A DNA stretch of 64,000 bases, taken from NCBI RefSeq assembly GCF_009914755.1, contig NC_060937.1; one strand, 5' to 3'. Positions within the stretch are counted from its first letter, which is position 1. Each line of letters starts with the position of its first letter. Of the stretch, positions 63,869-64,000 are shown one piece after another. The stretch comes from the human T2T-CHM13v2.0 reference genome, Homo sapiens. The translations under genes were made by a program, and so were the position numbers. Below the pieces are notes generated by a model. That model was not told the DNA's origin. It was given only the letters and a program-made list of their open reading frames with translations, and made no database searches.

Positions 63869-64000
63869 GTGTTTCAAACCTGCTCTATGAAAGGGAATCT
63901 TCAACTCTATGAGTTGAATGCAGACATCAGAAAGAAATTTCTGAGAATGCTGCTGTCTACCTTTTATTTGAATTCCCGCTTCCAACGAAATCCTCCAAGC

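Larger units (their letters stand above)
1..64000 (-). repeat. Centromeric alpha-satellite (alphoid) HOR array, dimeric SF2-type, ~376 monomers of ~170 bp
   Basis: Canonical alphoid motifs (AGTTTCTGAGAATGCTTCTGTCT, CAAATATCCACTTGCAGA, AAAAGAGTGTTTCAAAACTGCTC, GTTCAACTCTGT) recur every ~170 bp from first to last base. CENP-B-box and pJalpha-type monomers alternate. HOR copies differ by only a few SNVs. The plus strand is the reverse complement of the usual consensus orientation. Confidence 0.99.
1..64000 (-). other. Probable identity: D13Z1/D21Z1 (S2C13/21H1L, alphaRI family) active centromeric array; chromosome 13 more likely than 21
   Basis: The 1870-bp 11-mer carries five CENP-B boxes. EcoRI sites (64, 404, 1255...) give 340/850/680-bp fragments, matching my recollection of the ~680-bp alphaRI and ~850-bp L1.26 fragments of chr13/21. 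Abundant 7-mer and 4-mer variants match my recollection of D13Z1. No alignment was run. Confidence 0.8.

Noticed and set aside
1-64000. CRISPR-like or cassette-array interpretation of conserved motifs separated by variable sequence
   Set aside because: There are no unique spacers and no cas or recombinase genes. The intervening sequence is itself homologous alphoid monomer.
1-64000. L1/Alu insertion, inversion or non-satellite island
   Set aside because: Block lengths sum exactly to the anchor span (63,906 bp), all motifs stay on one strand, and no poly(A) tail or target-site duplication was seen.
1-64000. Assignment to chr9 D9Z4 (also SF2 with 4/7/11-mer variants) or chr1 D1Z5 (11-mer)
   Set aside because: The EcoRI 340/680/850 pattern and five-box 11-mer fit the chr13/21 family better, and D1Z5 is pentameric SF3. 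D9Z4 is disfavoured but not excluded without alignment.
1-64000. Block order as an information-bearing code or quasi-periodic (Fibonacci-like) sequence
   Set aside because: Runs such as 4-4-4 and 7-7-7-7 break any substitution rule. Nested tandem duplications and deletions explain the order.
1-64000. Calling this window the kinetochore site (CDR) or a cenRNA gene
   Set aside because: This needs methylation, CENP-A or transcript data. Sequence only shows that the array is of the competent, CENP-B-rich type.

Overview
The whole 64 kb is human centromeric alpha-satellite: about 376 head-to-tail ~170-bp monomers in one orientation, with CENP-B boxes reading on the minus strand. I saw no genes, transposon insertions, inversions or unique sequence, and every ORF in the track is a repeat artefact. 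It is a highly homogeneous, dimeric (SF2-type) 'live' higher-order-repeat (HOR) array, best matching D13Z1/D21Z1 (S2C13/21H1L); chr13 is favoured by the 4/7/11-mer mix. Cutting at GTGTTTCAAACCTGCTCTATGAAAGGGAATC gives 37 seven-monomer blocks (1190 bp), 28 four-monomer blocks (677-680 bp) and one five-monomer block (850 bp). Their order from the start is 7a 7b 4b 7b 5 4a 7a 7b 4a 7a 7b 4a 7a' 7a 7b 4b 7b 4a 7a 7b 4a 7b 4a 7a' 7a 7b 4a 4c 7b 4b 7b 4a 7a* 7b 4b 7b 4a 7a* 7b 4b 7b 4a 7*b 4a 4c 7b 4c 7b 4b 4a 4c 7b 4b 4a 7b 4a 7b 4a 7a/b 4a 7b 4a 7a' 7a 7a' 7a. I found no new gene system. The interesting signal is architectural: a strict rule linking SNV haplotype to the next block, nested super-repeats (2380, 3060, 3228, 4928 bp and ~11-13 kb), and recombination junctions that map to tens of bp. 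All comparisons were by eye, so some SNVs may be missed.
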